From Lobosporangium transversale (taxonomy: Eukaryota), in the NCBI RefSeq assembly GCF_002105155.1, contig NW_019028979.1, positions 1,736,001 to 1,800,000 on the forward strand: DNA of 64,000 nucleotides, in the 5' to 3' direction. The first letter of the stretch is position 1. Every line of letters begins with the position of its first letter. The notes beneath the pieces are model-generated. The model was not told where the DNA came from. It searched no databases and worked only from the letters and a program-made list of their open reading frames with translations. A program made the position numbers and the translations under genes. Shown here one piece after another: positions 12,360-26,105 of the stretch.

Positions 12360-14344
12360 GTAAAAAGAAAAAAAGAGCTCTAGTATTTGTTCATTCCAAA
12401 TACAGACTGGCCATCGTCAAATGTACTCCATTACATAGAATAAGACTACTGGATATGGTATGGAGTAAAGGAAAACGGCGTTCATCCATCATCTTTCGCT
12501 TTCTTTCTCTTTCTTTAATCATACAATTAACCTTGCAGCCTATTTGTCTTCTCTTCTTTTTAGTCTTAATGCTGAAGTTCGGCGACCAACATAAGACCAT
12601 GTATTCTATCAAGCGATAATGAACAAAGTATTTAAACAATAGCATTAACCTCGTATTTTAATAATAATTTTTAATTTTGTGGGGGGTAAAAGGAGTTACA
12701 AAGCGATGTTGTTCAATTATGTGCTATGAGTGATGAATTTCTATATTGGGGTTATCAGGCCCTGCCTCCACTGCTTCCGAGATTGGATGGTTCCAGTCTA
12801 GCTTACACTCGACACTTAAATAAAGGGCCTCGAGGTGAGGGAGAGCCTGAGCACCATTACTATTTCTTCCTACTTTTTTTTTTTTTCTTTCTTTCTTTCT
12901 TTCTTTCTTTCAAACTCGCTTTTTCAATGGAACCTCAGCTACTTCTCCCTAAAGTGTGAAAGGCCTTATTGAAGAAAAGTCTCATTTAGTCTCGTTCACC
13001 TTGCCCCTTGGATCTTGAAACGGACAACTTTGCCCGTTTAGAGATCAGTTTTCATCAACTCACTTATAGATCAGATCCAGTTCTCTTGCTTCCTACTAAC
13101 ATAAGAAGCGTAGAAAGCAACCGACTATTGACCCCTTGCCACCCATACAAGGCCACAGCTGTGATACATGGTGCCACGGACACAAGCATTAGAGAGTGTA
13201 CATCAAGGAAGTAAAAAAACATTACAAATCAATCAGCAAAAGTCATACCGATACAATACATTACGTCCCAATTTCACTTGCCTGCACTTACCAACATTCA
13301 CCGTTTTTCACTCCCCCTGTCCCTACCTCCTGTCCCCAGCCTATAGATAAACAAGGCGCCAAGTGCATACTTGGCTTCTTTTTTTCCTGAGTTAAGTGCA
13401 ATCTTATTCCAACACCTAACAGCAACAGCCGCATGCCAGATCCCTATTTAAAGCGAAGAATCTTCTCGAAACTGAGCTCCCCACTGCGAAAAGTATGCCT
13501 CTTGAATCAAGGGTGTCAACGCTTCCAATGCGTATTGATCCTCAAGCCTAAATACACACTAGTACGCTTTGTAGCACCATTTATCAACTTGTCTACCTCG
13601 ATCTCTTGTCGCAACATTTATATCTCCGTTCGCTCTCGTTGTTTCTCAGCTTTGGATCTCACTAGTCATGCTTCTCAAATTCATTATTGTTTCCAACAAT
13701 CAACTACAAAATGTCTATAGCCTTAAAAGATATTTTTTTTTTAAAAAAAAAAAGAAAAAAAAAAAAAAAAAAAGAAAAAGAAAAAGAAATTACAGATAGA
13801 CCATAGCTCAAAAAGTCTCGGATGACTGTATCAACAGCTACTACAAAAAGCCCTCCTTCTAAGACGAAGAGCCCCTTATTGTTTATTTGACACAGTCTCT
13901 AGACTATTCATCTACTGAGCTTTAAGTAACAATCACTAGGGTTGGATGACAAAGAACAAAGCATCCGAGAATGGAGTAGGATCACAACACAACTTCGACA
14001 GAGCACGTGGGTGACAGAAGCAAATAAACTTTTATAGGATAACACATTTGAATGAACAATTTTGAACGTTTCTGTTTAATGCATCGAGTAATAGAGAATA
14101 CACAGGTAATAAAAAGTAAGAAATTAAAAAAATTAAAATAATGAAAATCAAAAACAAAAAAAGCAAGAATTGAGATCAATGCTGAAAGGAAATTGATCAA
14201 GAAATGAAAGAAATAATATAAAGTAAAAAGAAGGATATCTTTGCTACTCATCGAGATATATCGGAGTTATCTTCAAGGTAAAGTACATCTTAGTAAACAA
14301 CTTGAATCCTGTACAATTTTTTTCTCATTCATCTATGTTATTTC

Positions 14345-15724
14345 TTATGGCTTTTGCGGTCGTCCCTTGCCACGTTGTCCTGGTACACGTGAAGTGTTCC
14401 CCTTCACTTCCTGCTTGATCTTTCCAAGCATCATCTTGATCTGGTTGGAAAGTACAGGTTGGCCACGAGAAGTCTTCTCACGCATCTTCTTAGTCGTCTT
14501 CTCACGTTTCGCGTAGTATGCATCCCGACCCTTCTTAGCCAAAGCTCTCTCGCGCTGTGCTTTCTATAAAACCAAGGGAAGAGAGGATCCCATTAGAATA
14601 AGTATGTTATCAAAAGCCAGTTAGGCGAGTGTAAAGAGAAAAAAAAAAAAAAAAAAAGGATTATATTTAATACAGAAAAGACGTACTTCACGAGCTTCCT
14701 GTATAGCCTTCTTCTCAGCTTCTCGCTTCTCAATCGCAGCCTTGAAGGGATTGGGCTTTGCAGCGCGTTTAAACGTTCCGTCTTCTTGCTTGCCTGATTT
14801 GCCTGATGGCTTTGTTTGTTTGTCGTTACTTTCTTTCGCTCCTCTTGATTTTGTTGATCCTTTACCATTATTTGCTTCTTCTCCGTCATCATCCTGCTCT
14901 TCGCTGTCTTCTTCTGATTCTAATTGGTCTACCTCTTCATCTCCATCTTCATTCTCATCCTTGATCCCTTCATTCATCTCTTCATCTTGGTCTTCCTCTT
15001 CTTCATCCATATCACTTCCATCTTCCTGACCTTGTCCGCTGTTGTACGCCACTACATTGCCTTCATCATCGATTGTTTTTTCACCAAAAATCTGTTAGAG
15101 GATAAAAAAGAATACAAACGCATCAGCAAATAGTAAACATGTTTAAGAGTGACTTAACGGTCGTCACCAATCTGATTGCTACATGCTATAATACAATCCT
15201 ACAACATTATATACCTTCTTGTAAAATTCTGGGGTATTTTGCTCCTCCTGCTTCAACACCTTGGCGTACTCCTTCTTGACTTTTGCCTTATGGATTAGTT
15301 CCGCTTTTAATTTCTTGGCTATTCCAAGCATTGAAGAGAGATGGAAAAAATAGTTACAATAATTCTTGTAAGTGGTCAAGGAGTATAGGCGAAGGCACAC
15401 ATAGAGATAGATAAATCGACTGATCTTTTTTTTTTTTTTTTTTTTTTTTTTCCTACCATGTCCTTTATATGCGTCCGATCCCATGTGGGCTCTAGCCATG
15501 GGGTTGAAGCCCTTCTTCTTCTTATCTACAGGTTTTCCTACGCCGCCATTCTTTTTAGTGCTAGGCCTTGTAGAATCTTTCTTGTATTGGCTATTATAAT
15601 TGTTGTTCGTGCGCTTTGCGACACGCTCACCGGTCTCTTTACGATCCCTACGAGGAGCTGGTCCACCACGACCGCCGCGTCTTCTCTCAAGAGAATCTCT
15701 AGGCAAGCCAAGAGGTTTAACCAT
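14345..15724 (-). CDS. Fyv7/TAP26(CCDC59)-like rRNA-processing protein (~331 aa, 4 exons)
   Basis: Exons 15724-15457, 15318-15215, 15091-14687, 14563-14345 (996 nt). KKLKAELIHKAKVKKEYAKVLK and the C-terminal KTSRGQPVLSNQIKMMLGKI resemble the Fyv7 family; acidic middle region. Confidence 0.75.
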
Positions 15725-16245
15725 TTCTTTTTATCTTTATTATTATTATTATTATTATTATTGAGGATGAGAAATAGAGAAATAAATGAACAGCGAAAAA
15801 AAAAAAAAAAAAAAAAAAAAAAGGTTTTCAGGATAGATTTAAGAACGATAGTAGGAATGACAAACTAATGTGTGTGCATGGACACAAATGCATTGCTTTA
15901 AAAAAAAAAAAAAAAATGTTTGTTTACACTTTAAAAACTAACTTTACGCCAGTCACAATAATTTGTGCTTATGCGATGCGATATTTTTAAACACGCCAAT
16001 GGCGCGTTGGTACACAAACATCAATGGCTGTTGTGGGCGAATAATTGGAGGTTGATGAGAAGAATGTCAATGCTTCATGCTCCATGGTAATTTAATCTTT
16101 TCTCTTTCTTCTCGCATTGACTGGCTCCTGAAATCAGGGAAGCACCTATCCTGCCTATTTGACCCCTTTTCTTCAAGTGCTAGGGCCCACATCACTTCTA
16201 ACGCTTACTCAATTGCTATCATCTTATCACGTTTGCTCCATAATA

Positions 16246-17921
16246 ATGTCGACTTTGAATCCTCTTTTACCCCTTCTCTTCTCCTTATTCGCGCTCCTCA
16301 AGGACGTGTTCGTGCAGGGCCAAGCCCTTCCAACAGATGCATCCGAAATGGCCTTTGCACGCATTGGCTCAAGACTGTATATCCAAGGTGGTCGACGCAT
16401 GACCTCCCGTACAGTATTGACTCCCATCTCCCAGTTCATCTCGTTTGACCTCTCCACATCTTGGCCTGTCACTTCACCTTCATGGAAAGCTCATGCCAAC
16501 GCCGGGGCGCCAAGTATCCATCTTACAGCTGGGACGGGATCTGCAGATAATCAAACATTTTTTGTGTACAAAGCGGATCAAATCAGCTTTAGTATTCATC
16601 GTATCGACGTCAACGACCCCAATTCCACGTGGGCTGTCGCCACACTTGAACACCCTGATATATTTTCTGCAGCAATTCGTCCTGTACTTGATTCGAGAAC
16701 TGGGCGGGTTTACATTGCTGGAGTAAACTCCATGAATGTATTCGACCTGACCAAATATAATTGGCTACCATCCACTCCTGCCAATTCACCGACTTTGGGT
16801 TATGGTGGAGCTGTGTACAACGGTGCTCGAAACTCCATTATGTATCATGGCGGGTACCATGGGGAATGGCAACAGGGCACAACCGCTTTTCTTACAGAGT
16901 ACTTTATTGATTTAAGTCGTTGGTCAACTTTTGTAGGGATCGGATATTCAATCTCTTTCTCTCTCTCTCTTGAGTAAAGCCTCAGATATGCATCCATGGA
17001 AATCTCTTACCAACTCACAATCTATTCAAAACACTATTCTAGCTTACGAATGGAGATATCCCAGGCATAAGATCCGACCACTGTATGGCTATCAGTAAGT
17101 TGTATCCTCTTTTTTGAAGTGGTGGCGGATAGCCCTAATGACGGCTTTAATATTTGCGCCATGTTCATTCATCGTCTTTTGGTTTATCAATAGCCGAGGA
17201 TAATAGCAAGATTGTTATTTTCGGAGGTCGTGTCCCATTGGCTCCAAATTCAACTTCCTCCAGCGAAAGCACCTTTTCAGAAGAGTTATTTGTACTAGAT
17301 ATTGCTACATCGTCTTGGAAAAAGGGACCCAACGCAGCTATTAAGCGCGGCTACACAGCATGCATCATTGTAGGAGATCAGTTCCTGGCTTGGGGCGGAT
17401 ATAATGACAATCTGGTTGTCTCAGGACCGCCCATTGTGTTCGATCTGACGAAATTTGAATGGGCCAACACCTATACAGCTCCAATTTACAATCAAACTCA
17501 TCAAACCCAGACTCAGACCATCACTGGATCACAAACGCCTTCATCCACTCAGTCACAACCTACTCAAACAGGAGAGCCTTCGGCTACCAATAAAGAAGCT
17601 ATTATAGGCGGTTCTGTAGGAGCCTTGGCCTTGATAGTTATTATTGCAGGTTTGATCATCTACAAACGATGGCGCAGAGGGAAAAGCCAAGGATATAGTG
17701 TCCCTGAAGAGAAGGGCTTCAATCAATACGATGATTCCTGTGCGCCCGAATACCTGCGAAATAGTATGACCGAGCATGTCTACTATAATTCAAATCCGAC
17801 TCGCGGTCCACAGTTGATGACGAGACGTAATCCTCAGGAAATGACCCCTATGACACTCTATCAAGGCCAAATTCCTCAAGAGTCGTTTGTTGCCAATGTA
17901 ACTCATGGAACACAACTTTAG
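16246..17921 (+). CDS. Kelch/galactose-oxidase-like propeller single-pass membrane protein, copy A (~488 aa)
   Basis: Exons 16246-16932, 17043-17094 (52 nt), 17194-17921. Signal peptide; Kelch-like blades (LYIQGG, IMYHGG, IVIFGG, FLAWGG, FDLTKFEW); S/T/P stalk; TM AIIGGSVGALALIVIIAGLIIY followed by KRWRR; tail with RGPQ/RNPQ. Confidence 0.85.
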
Positions 17922-18089
17922 CGCTAAAACTACATTTCCACCCCACTTTGTAAACACTCATGCATGTATATAAAATACCCCTTCATTTCTGTATTACAAT
18001 AAGTTATAAAATACTCACATCGGGTTACGAATGTGTGGATCAAAAGAGGTTCCTGATGGCTTATATGGGAAAGCAATCGTCGAAGATGT

Positions 18090-19100
18090 TGTCTATAACA
18101 ATGTCGGGGCACCATTCCTGACAGGGCACAGGCGCAAAATGGACTAAAACTGGAGTTACCTTTTGGAATACTCGATCGATGCCAACTCATGGTTATTTTT
18201 TGTAAGTGCCTACTACATTTATTTCAACCTCTACTGTCTTTAATAAGACGATCAGGAAAGCATCTTTCTAGATTCAGTATGATTATTGACTTTGTCCAAC
18301 CCACTGCCTCCTGTCTATGCCTTCCTTTAGAACGTAATAGGAGAGGTACCAACTACTAGACGTCAAGACTGCATGGCCATCGGCATTGTTTTACTATAAT
18401 TCTTAGTCCTTTCATTCATGTCATATCTGTGAATGTAACCCACATGAACAATAGTTCTAATAAGTGTGCTTTTATACTCCTACTTCCTTGTGCTTTGTAA
18501 ATGATGGATGCAAATGGGACCAAGATTGCTGTCTTTGGAGGCATTCCCGGGTGGGCGGAACCACCTACTCCTGTACTACATGTACTAGACCTTAATTCGA
18601 AAGAGTGTAGAAAGGCTCCTAATGCGACCTCGCCTTGCAGCTTTCCTGCTTGTGCTCTGGTTGGGGACCAGTTCATAATCTGGGCTAACCAGAACCCACA
18701 TAATCCAAGTGGTGATGGATCGATGCTACTATTTGATCTATCCAAGTTCAAATGAGTTACCTGCTACCCGCAAAACCTATATAACCGAGTCTCGAGGACC
18801 TTCAATGGCATCTGGGCTTTCAGCCCTAATGGAGAATAAATTTCCAGATATTGATATTGGAGCCATTGTAGGGGGAGTAGTCGGAGCCTTCGCTGTTATA
18901 GCGATCGTTCCAGAGGTGCTTATCAGATGACGGAAGCAAAAGGACCAGAAGAACGACATCACTGAAACGAAAGATGTCAAGCAAAAACAAAACTCCAGTT
19001 TATAGTCCTCAGCTCATAGACAACACCTCATGTTATCCCCAGCAAATCACTATTCTAGGTTAGGATCCGCATGGAGAGCCTGCTCCAGAATACGAAGGAC
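18090..19100 (+). pseudogene. 5'-truncated Kelch-TM pseudogene, copy B (paralog of copy F at 56474-58165)
   Basis: Close match to F (DANGTKIAVFGGIPGWAEPPTP...). Exon-3 acceptor mutated (gatGG versus gatAG), exon-2 donor is GC versus GT, EW codons changed to AAA TGA (stop at 18753-18755), frameshifts, most of exon 1 missing. Boundaries approximate. Confidence 0.85.
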
Positions 19101-19302
19101 CATCCATCCGCACATGAAAAAAATAAAAAGTCGACATTTGATGAGAAATGTGGCTGTATTGAAAAGTCTAATCAATGAGAAGGATGAGCAAAGAGCACTT
19201 GGCTCATGTCATGGCTCATGCATTCTCTTGATTCTCGTTTCCTTATCATCTTTTCTCATGTCACAGTTGATGCTGATTTGTTGACAAAGCAAAGACTGAA
19301 TC

Positions 19303-20942
19303 ATGGCTTCCTGCTACTCTGTTTCCATCGTTTCCTCTCAAGCCGTATCATTGTTTTTTTATATATTTCTGTTCTTGGTCCCCTATCATGCTTCAACTGT
19401 TGGCGCTCAGACAAGGCCTGAGGCAAATTCTCGTGTGCCCTTTGTTCAAATTGGTTCGAGACTCTTTGTCCAAGGTGGGCCGTTTGATACTAGGGACGGA
19501 CCATTTTTCTCTCTTGATCTCGCAGCTTCATGGCCTCTTGATGCTCCCGCTTGGACTGCTCACAACTACGGAAAATTTGGAGACCAGCGGATGTTTTATG
19601 GCGTAGGCGTCAACCAAACACTTTACATGTTCAATGAGTATCTTACCAATACAGCTTATCGAGTCAGTATTACTGATACGAGTGCAAAGTGGAGTCCTAT
19701 TCATGTGCGAACGCCAGATGGATGTCTATCCACATCGGGCCTTACCATAAGCCCTCGAACTGGAGTATTTTACAATTTTCCCGACAACGGCGGTATCATG
19801 TGTCTGCTTAGTAGCTTTGAAAGGGGATGGGAGGGCCGCCTTGTCACTAATGGCACATTACTGGAGGAGAGCAACTTTGACGGTATTACTTATAACAGTA
19901 ACAGGAACAGCATTATGGGGGGCTTCAAACTTAAAGAGACTACATCAGTAGCATACATTACAGAATATCGGATCGACTCAAACTCATGGTCAACTTTTGT
20001 AAGTGCCTCAATATCGCTTTTTGCAAATCTTATTGTTTTTACTGAAAAATGAAAACAGGAGAACAGAAAATTGATGTCTCATTAAATGAAGGCCTACTAT
20101 TCAATACCTTTAGTCTGTAAAGGGACAAATGCCTACCACGAGAGAGGGGAATTGCATGACCATCAGTACGTTTTCCCTATTTCGAACAATTCTTGGATAT
20201 CGGCTCCCCGGTATATCATTTATTCATTAGTACTTTTATTTTCTCGCCATCTTTAGATGAGGATAGTACAAAGATTGTTGTCTTTGGAGGCCTCACCCCT
20301 GCATCTAGTGGTCCTATAGGCTTTAACATCCCTTCATCAGAAATCTTTGTTCTCAATCTCAATTCGGGGGAGTGGAGGAAGGGTCCTAATGCAGCTGAAC
20401 CACGGGCCAGTGCTGCCTGTGGCCTTGCTGGTGATCGGTTTGTAGCCTGGGGTGGTGAAAAAGATCCGACGAGCGACCCATATGATTCGATCGTTGTGTT
20501 TGATCTGACCAAGTTTGAGTGGCTTAAGGCTTCCTCAGACGACCATCCATCTTCTACACCCTCTTCCGGCCCAACATCTTCAGGTGTCCCTACAACTAAG
20601 GCTTCAAATACTAATATTGGGGCCATAGCAGGTGGAGCAGTAGCAGGGTTAGTCTTGGTAGCATTGATCGTAGCTGTCCTCATCTATAGAAGACGAAAGC
20701 AAACATCAGGTGAAGAGCATGGACTCATTGAGCCGAAGAAGGTGAAGCAAATGGACAACCCTAAAAGGTCAAGTGAAGACGAACCACAACATAAGAATGA
20801 GCTCACATACCGTAATCCCCACACTATCTTATCACCACGCAGTCCTCAACAGTATCCTTACTTGGGGCGTGATCCTCAATGGACGCCTAACCTCGCTCAT
20901 GACCATGCACAGGGCCATGCAGATCGTATTGTAGAAGCATAA
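19303..20942 (+). CDS. Kelch-like propeller single-pass membrane protein, copy C (~477 aa)
   Basis: Exons 19303-19998, 20114-20165 (52 nt), 20257-20942 (1434 nt). Signal peptide, Kelch-like blades, TM IGAIAGGAVAGLVLVALIVAVLIY then RRRK, tail RNPH/RSPQ/RDPQ. Confidence 0.87.
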
Positions 20943-21276
20943 TCTGAAGGTTTAATAGCGTGAGCTATAGACATCTACTTTATATGATGCATATGATACC
21001 AGAATACCTTTCACATTTACCTCTATATAGACAATAAACTTAGATTAATAGTCCAGAAGCAAGCCATGGTTTGCTCTCAGCAGCAAGTCAATTTCAATCT
21101 GCGAACTTCCTGGCTAGAATCAGCAATGAACTAATAGCGACCAATAAGTTCGCATAATTTGTTCCGACAAATGGTAATGGTCAAAGATTATAAGAAAATG
21201 CGCGAGGGAAAGATAAGAGAACGTGCTTGTGTAAACAGACAGAAAGAGTGCAGGGAGGAAGCTCATTTTTCCTCAT

Positions 21277-21307
<31 letters not shown>

Positions 21308-21956
21308 CCTCTTTTGTTGCTGCAATCCATGACTTTAGTAAGTTAATTGGCAAATTCTGGTATGGTAAGCCCCAACAGCTACTCAAGAAAGCGCACTTCT
21401 GCAGCGGACTATTCCCTTTGAGATCAACTTTTCCCACTTTCACTTTCTCTATGTTCTTTCTAAAAAAGTAAGATCGTCAATCTCAGAATGATAACAGCTC
21501 TAGCTGTTTTGGATTGAAAAACTCAAGTATGATTCTGTAATAACAATCGACATACTCGGCGTCAAGGACTGTGGGCTTTCAGAGCTTGTCGATGAACGAT
21601 GGGCTCTTCCTGCCGCCATGGCTTGACCATGATGGTGGGCATAGAGCCCTTACAAGCTGTAGATATACACACTCGGCTGATGTATTCAAGCAACGTTTTT
21701 GAAGCCTCTTCATGAGCCATGCTAGGAAGGCTCTGCTTGCATGATTCAATGACCTCCTAAAAGTGGCTTAAGACTAAGTTGAGGAGCTTCTTGGTCTTTG
21801 AGCTACATTTGTTGCCTACACCTTTCATATAGATCATCAAGGCAGTGATAATTAATAACAATTAGAAATTCGTGTTTTAATTAGCTGATAGGGATTTACT
21901 TCCGCCTACGCACCAAGACTAGACAGAGTGATTATAGTCTTTTTTTTTCTGCCCTC

Positions 21957-23371
21957 CTATACTCCTGTATGTGCTGCAATCTTATCAGATCTGAGTACTA
22001 ACGAATACAGACTCTTAAGGCTAGTCAGTTCATCCAAGCTTATCCTTTGTCTCAAGTTGAATGTTAAATGAAAATCTCTTATTAAAGCCCGCGATAATTC
22101 CCGAGCTGCTCTTCGCAACCGCTCATACGCAATATGTGCCTTTTCCATGCCTTCTACAGTCGCTTTATCATCATCAACCTCAAGATTGAAATTCATGTAA
22201 AGCAGCTCAGTCTTAACCCACTCTGTGCCATTAGCGATTTCTGTCACTTTAATTGGAGGTCCCTACAGCCTCTTCAGACGTGGGCAATTGGATAAGATCG
22301 CTTGAGCAGCACCACATCCTCGGCAATATAAATCGCAGCTCAGCAGCTCAATTGTATCGTAGAGCCTCCGCTCCCTTTTTTTCGTACTGCGCATCCATTA
22401 TCCCCAATCTCTTGTTCCTCTGTCAGCAATTCTCGAATAGAGAGTGAGCCGAATTGATAAGACGCGATGTCTAGGCATATTACCTTGGTCATCTGTCTGA
22501 GAAGAACTGTCATTTCCTCGCCCTTTATTGTGGTTGAAATATATATATCTGACAGATTTGTCATTGTGAAGGGATGATGAGTAAGGAATGCTGCCCTGAA
22601 GAAATCAGACATTTCCGTTGTTGCTTGAGCGCAGCCTTCGATAATTTGGAAATCCCACTTTTCGAAAGCGGTGAAATAGCAATGAGTATAACCTTGGACT
22701 CCTCCTAGTCAACACGCCAGGGCAATACGATGATGTGTGCTGGCGTGGAGGGCAGAGTATTAGGACATCTCGAAATCGTAGTGCCCTCACACTTGGGAAA
22801 ACGTATTCATCCTTGCCTTCATTCAAACAGTTGGAAGGCAACTGATCGATGTTTACTTCGAAGAAGTCCAAGCTCGAAACATTCTTACAGACTTGAAAGA
22901 ACAGACTGACTTCGTCGCCAAATTTATCTACTCTACGAATGCTCAAGACTTCAAGGTGAGCGAATTCCAGCAGCGCCTCCCATATCTTTTGTAGACTTGA
23001 ACAGATGATTGTAAATTTAGTGATGGTGGAACAGTGAGACTTGATCAAGTTGGAAATCTAATACGGATGAGATGAATCATAGTGTCCATATACAATGGAT
23101 TGGAGACACCTACAATTCTGCAATGACATGTATTCTTCTGGGAAGAATTACCGAAACTCAAGTTCCTTAATATATCTCTTGTGTTTCTGCGGTGCTTCGC
23201 CAGTGGGAACACTTTGGATGATCAATAATGATCTTTCTCCATACGAATTTGACAAGTATATTGTGGAAAATCTTGGAGACGCGAATTCAATGAGATCCTG
23301 TTGACCTAGAAAACCACCAATAATTAAAATGATTTCTGGAGCAGCCAAGGGATTCAGTTTAATGCTGCCAT
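21957..23371 (-). pseudogene. Disrupted F-box plus RNI-like/LRR gene
   Basis: The N-terminal NPLAAPEIILIIGGFLGQQDL resembles the F-box start of the expanded Mortierella-type F-box/LRR family. It is followed by fragmented LxxLxL-rich ORFs (23348-23148, 23048-22605, 22612-22340, 22247-21957) in shifting frames without clear introns. Confidence 0.55.
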
Positions 23372-24095
23372 GTTATGAGTAATGATGAAGATTGAAACTC
23401 CGGGCAGGGATGAACATTGTATTTACTGATTTCTATCCAATAAGATTTTTTATTTAATGTGCTCAAAACTTTAGCCTTTGAAAGAATTGCAGCTTATCAG
23501 ATTTTCTGTTCTTTCCCTCTTTGAACCGCTCACTTCAGGAATCACTCCCAACGCTCACTCTGCATTCTTTGTCAAAGCACCGTAACTAATGCTTGGATTG
23601 CCAAAAACTCGGCATGTTCTAGTCTATAGGGTCTTCAGTCTACTAAGCAGTGTAATGTGAATGTATACATATGTATATATGTATATGTACGCATATTTTC
23701 ATCTACGAAGAACCATCTGTGGTTTCATTTGCGCCATCAAGCTTCGTGGGGACCTGATGACACACTTTCCAAAACAGACTAACCAGAATGAGAGCGCAGT
23801 GCATTTGTGCATATATACCTGAAGAGGAGTACAGTAATTATATATATACAATTCTCTTTTTTTTTTTTGTGGGAACTCATCTAATTTCTACGTGATTGTT
23901 CCAGTAGAATGAGAATGTCTTTGAAACATCTTATACATATATATACATATATAATGTTTTCCAAATTTACTCTCCTATCGCTGCCAGATCGGTAGCTGAA
24001 CGGCTCTTGCAAAGTATTGTAAGACCATAACCTATTAAACACCTTTTTTTTTTTTTAGATTCATTCACCGTAATAGAATTCAGAATCACTCAGGC

Positions 24096-24147
<52 letters not shown>

Positions 24148-24477
24148 GGGATTGCCTGATTTAGCATAACAAAAGGGAGAAAAAGGTGGTTACCGGATCA
24201 TGTGTGCAGGTCGATCTTTAGAAATAAAAGAAAGTAACGAATGATAAGCTGTTCAAGGAACATGATGAATGCAATGAACCATCTACAAATGATACAGATG
24301 ATATATATACACATGTATATAAATGACGGCCATTTTTTTTTTTTTTTTTGTTTTGTTTAAATCAATGATACAACTATATACAGTATACATGGTGAGTTCC
24401 AAAGTTCTATGGACCAAACTATATTGACCGTAATAAACCTTGAATAATGACGATGTCTCCCAATTGCATCTTTTGCA

Positions 24478-24517
<40 letters not shown>

Positions 24518-26105
24518 CCAGAGAGGATCCAGAGAGGATCCAATGGGAAATTAGGGGGAAGGGAGAGAGTCGACTCGAGATGAGATGAAGTTTTTTTCTT
24601 TGTCGGAACTTATTTGGAACTCTGGCGTAGCTTTATAGAATAAAAAGAATAAAAAAGAAGAACAATAATAACAATATATATTATATATATATAAGAGATC
24701 TCGGGATGAAATGTATATATTTGTATACAAACAAAATATGGCGTGGCATGGCATGGCCTTGCATTGCATTGCATTATTGCATTAGAAATTCGATCTGATA
24801 ACCTTTGTTATCAGATGTCCACGGAGTTTAAAAAGGGTTTATTATTACGCCTCAAGGACACATGCAAAAATACATGGGAATGCTCAGCTCAGGAACAAGA
24901 ACAAACACAAACAGGAACAACAGGAACAACAAAGGACACGAGAGCAGAAAAAAAAAAAAAAAAAGAGAGACTGTCTATTCACACACCGCCAGCATTCGAT
25001 CTCTTCTCTCTTCCTCGCGTTGTATTCGTATACAAGATGGGTCCGACAACTGGAATCTTGTATTTATTTAACTTTTTTTTTTTTTTTTTTTTTTCTCGTT
25101 TATGGCTCATATGATCAAAGGAGTCTTTTTTTTTTTTTTTTGTTGATTAGTGTTGTTGTTTTTATTTAATCCCCACCCCATCCGTGTAGAGTGAATGTAT
25201 TACGTATTTGCATCTGTTATTCTGATATACATGTATGTAGAATTCAACAAAACATTCAGTACACAATCCGGATACTCTGGATACTCTGGATGGTTTGGCT
25301 ATCCTTTCTGTGCTCTCCACCACATCCTTTCGCACCCTCCGTTTTTATCCGTCTCCGCATTCGACAGGCAAAAGAAGATTGATACGCATTGGATCGTTGT
25401 GCGGTTTAATTTATTTGTAATGTTTAATGTATGCCTTTTACTTTTACATTAACATTTTTAATCTGATAACCTTCATTCAAAGCCACAGCTCTTCATAAAG
25501 TTATTCTAAAAAATTACTGAATGAATAAATAAATCGGACAATACATATATAATATTTGTATTAACATGTATTATAAATAATATACTACATGTACTTAGCC
25601 TGCTTACTTCTATACTTTCACTCGCGAAAACAGCTCATCGGTTGCGGTGCATTCTCTCTGTCAAGGCCCGCTTCTAGAATTTCATTACTCCCTGTGAGAA
25701 CCGAATCTGACGTGTTGCTCACTAGTTCATTGTTCCACAACGCGTTGCACATCCTTTTCGACAACACCCACTCACTCACTGCGCTCCATTCCTTGCAAAA
25801 AAAAAAAAAAAAAAACAAAAACAAAAACAAAAGCAAAAACTATTCGTCAACTTCTTAAAAAAAAAAGAGAACTCACATTAATAAACTTTGCGTCATTTGG
25901 CGCCAAGGACAAAGATCTGATTATGTTTACAGGCTTCCCTTACATGTCCGCTCTCTTTGAAGTCCAAGTATATGCATGGTCATATATATTTTCGTGTTTT
26001 TTTTTTAATAAATATGGACCTTTTTACTTTTTTTCTTTTCTTTTCTCTTTTTCTTTGGTCTCCTTGATTGTTCCTACTGTCATCTACCCTTTTTCTTAAT
26101 TCACA

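Noticed and set aside
12700..13720. Short ORFs and a weak inverted repeat between the GH89 and Fyv7-like genes
   Set aside because: No recognisable protein motif, splice pattern or ribozyme core.
23400..26100. ORFs in the long AT-rich region upstream of the GPI-type gene
   Set aside because: They are poly-K/poly-F translations of homopolymer runs and microsatellites, most likely non-coding.
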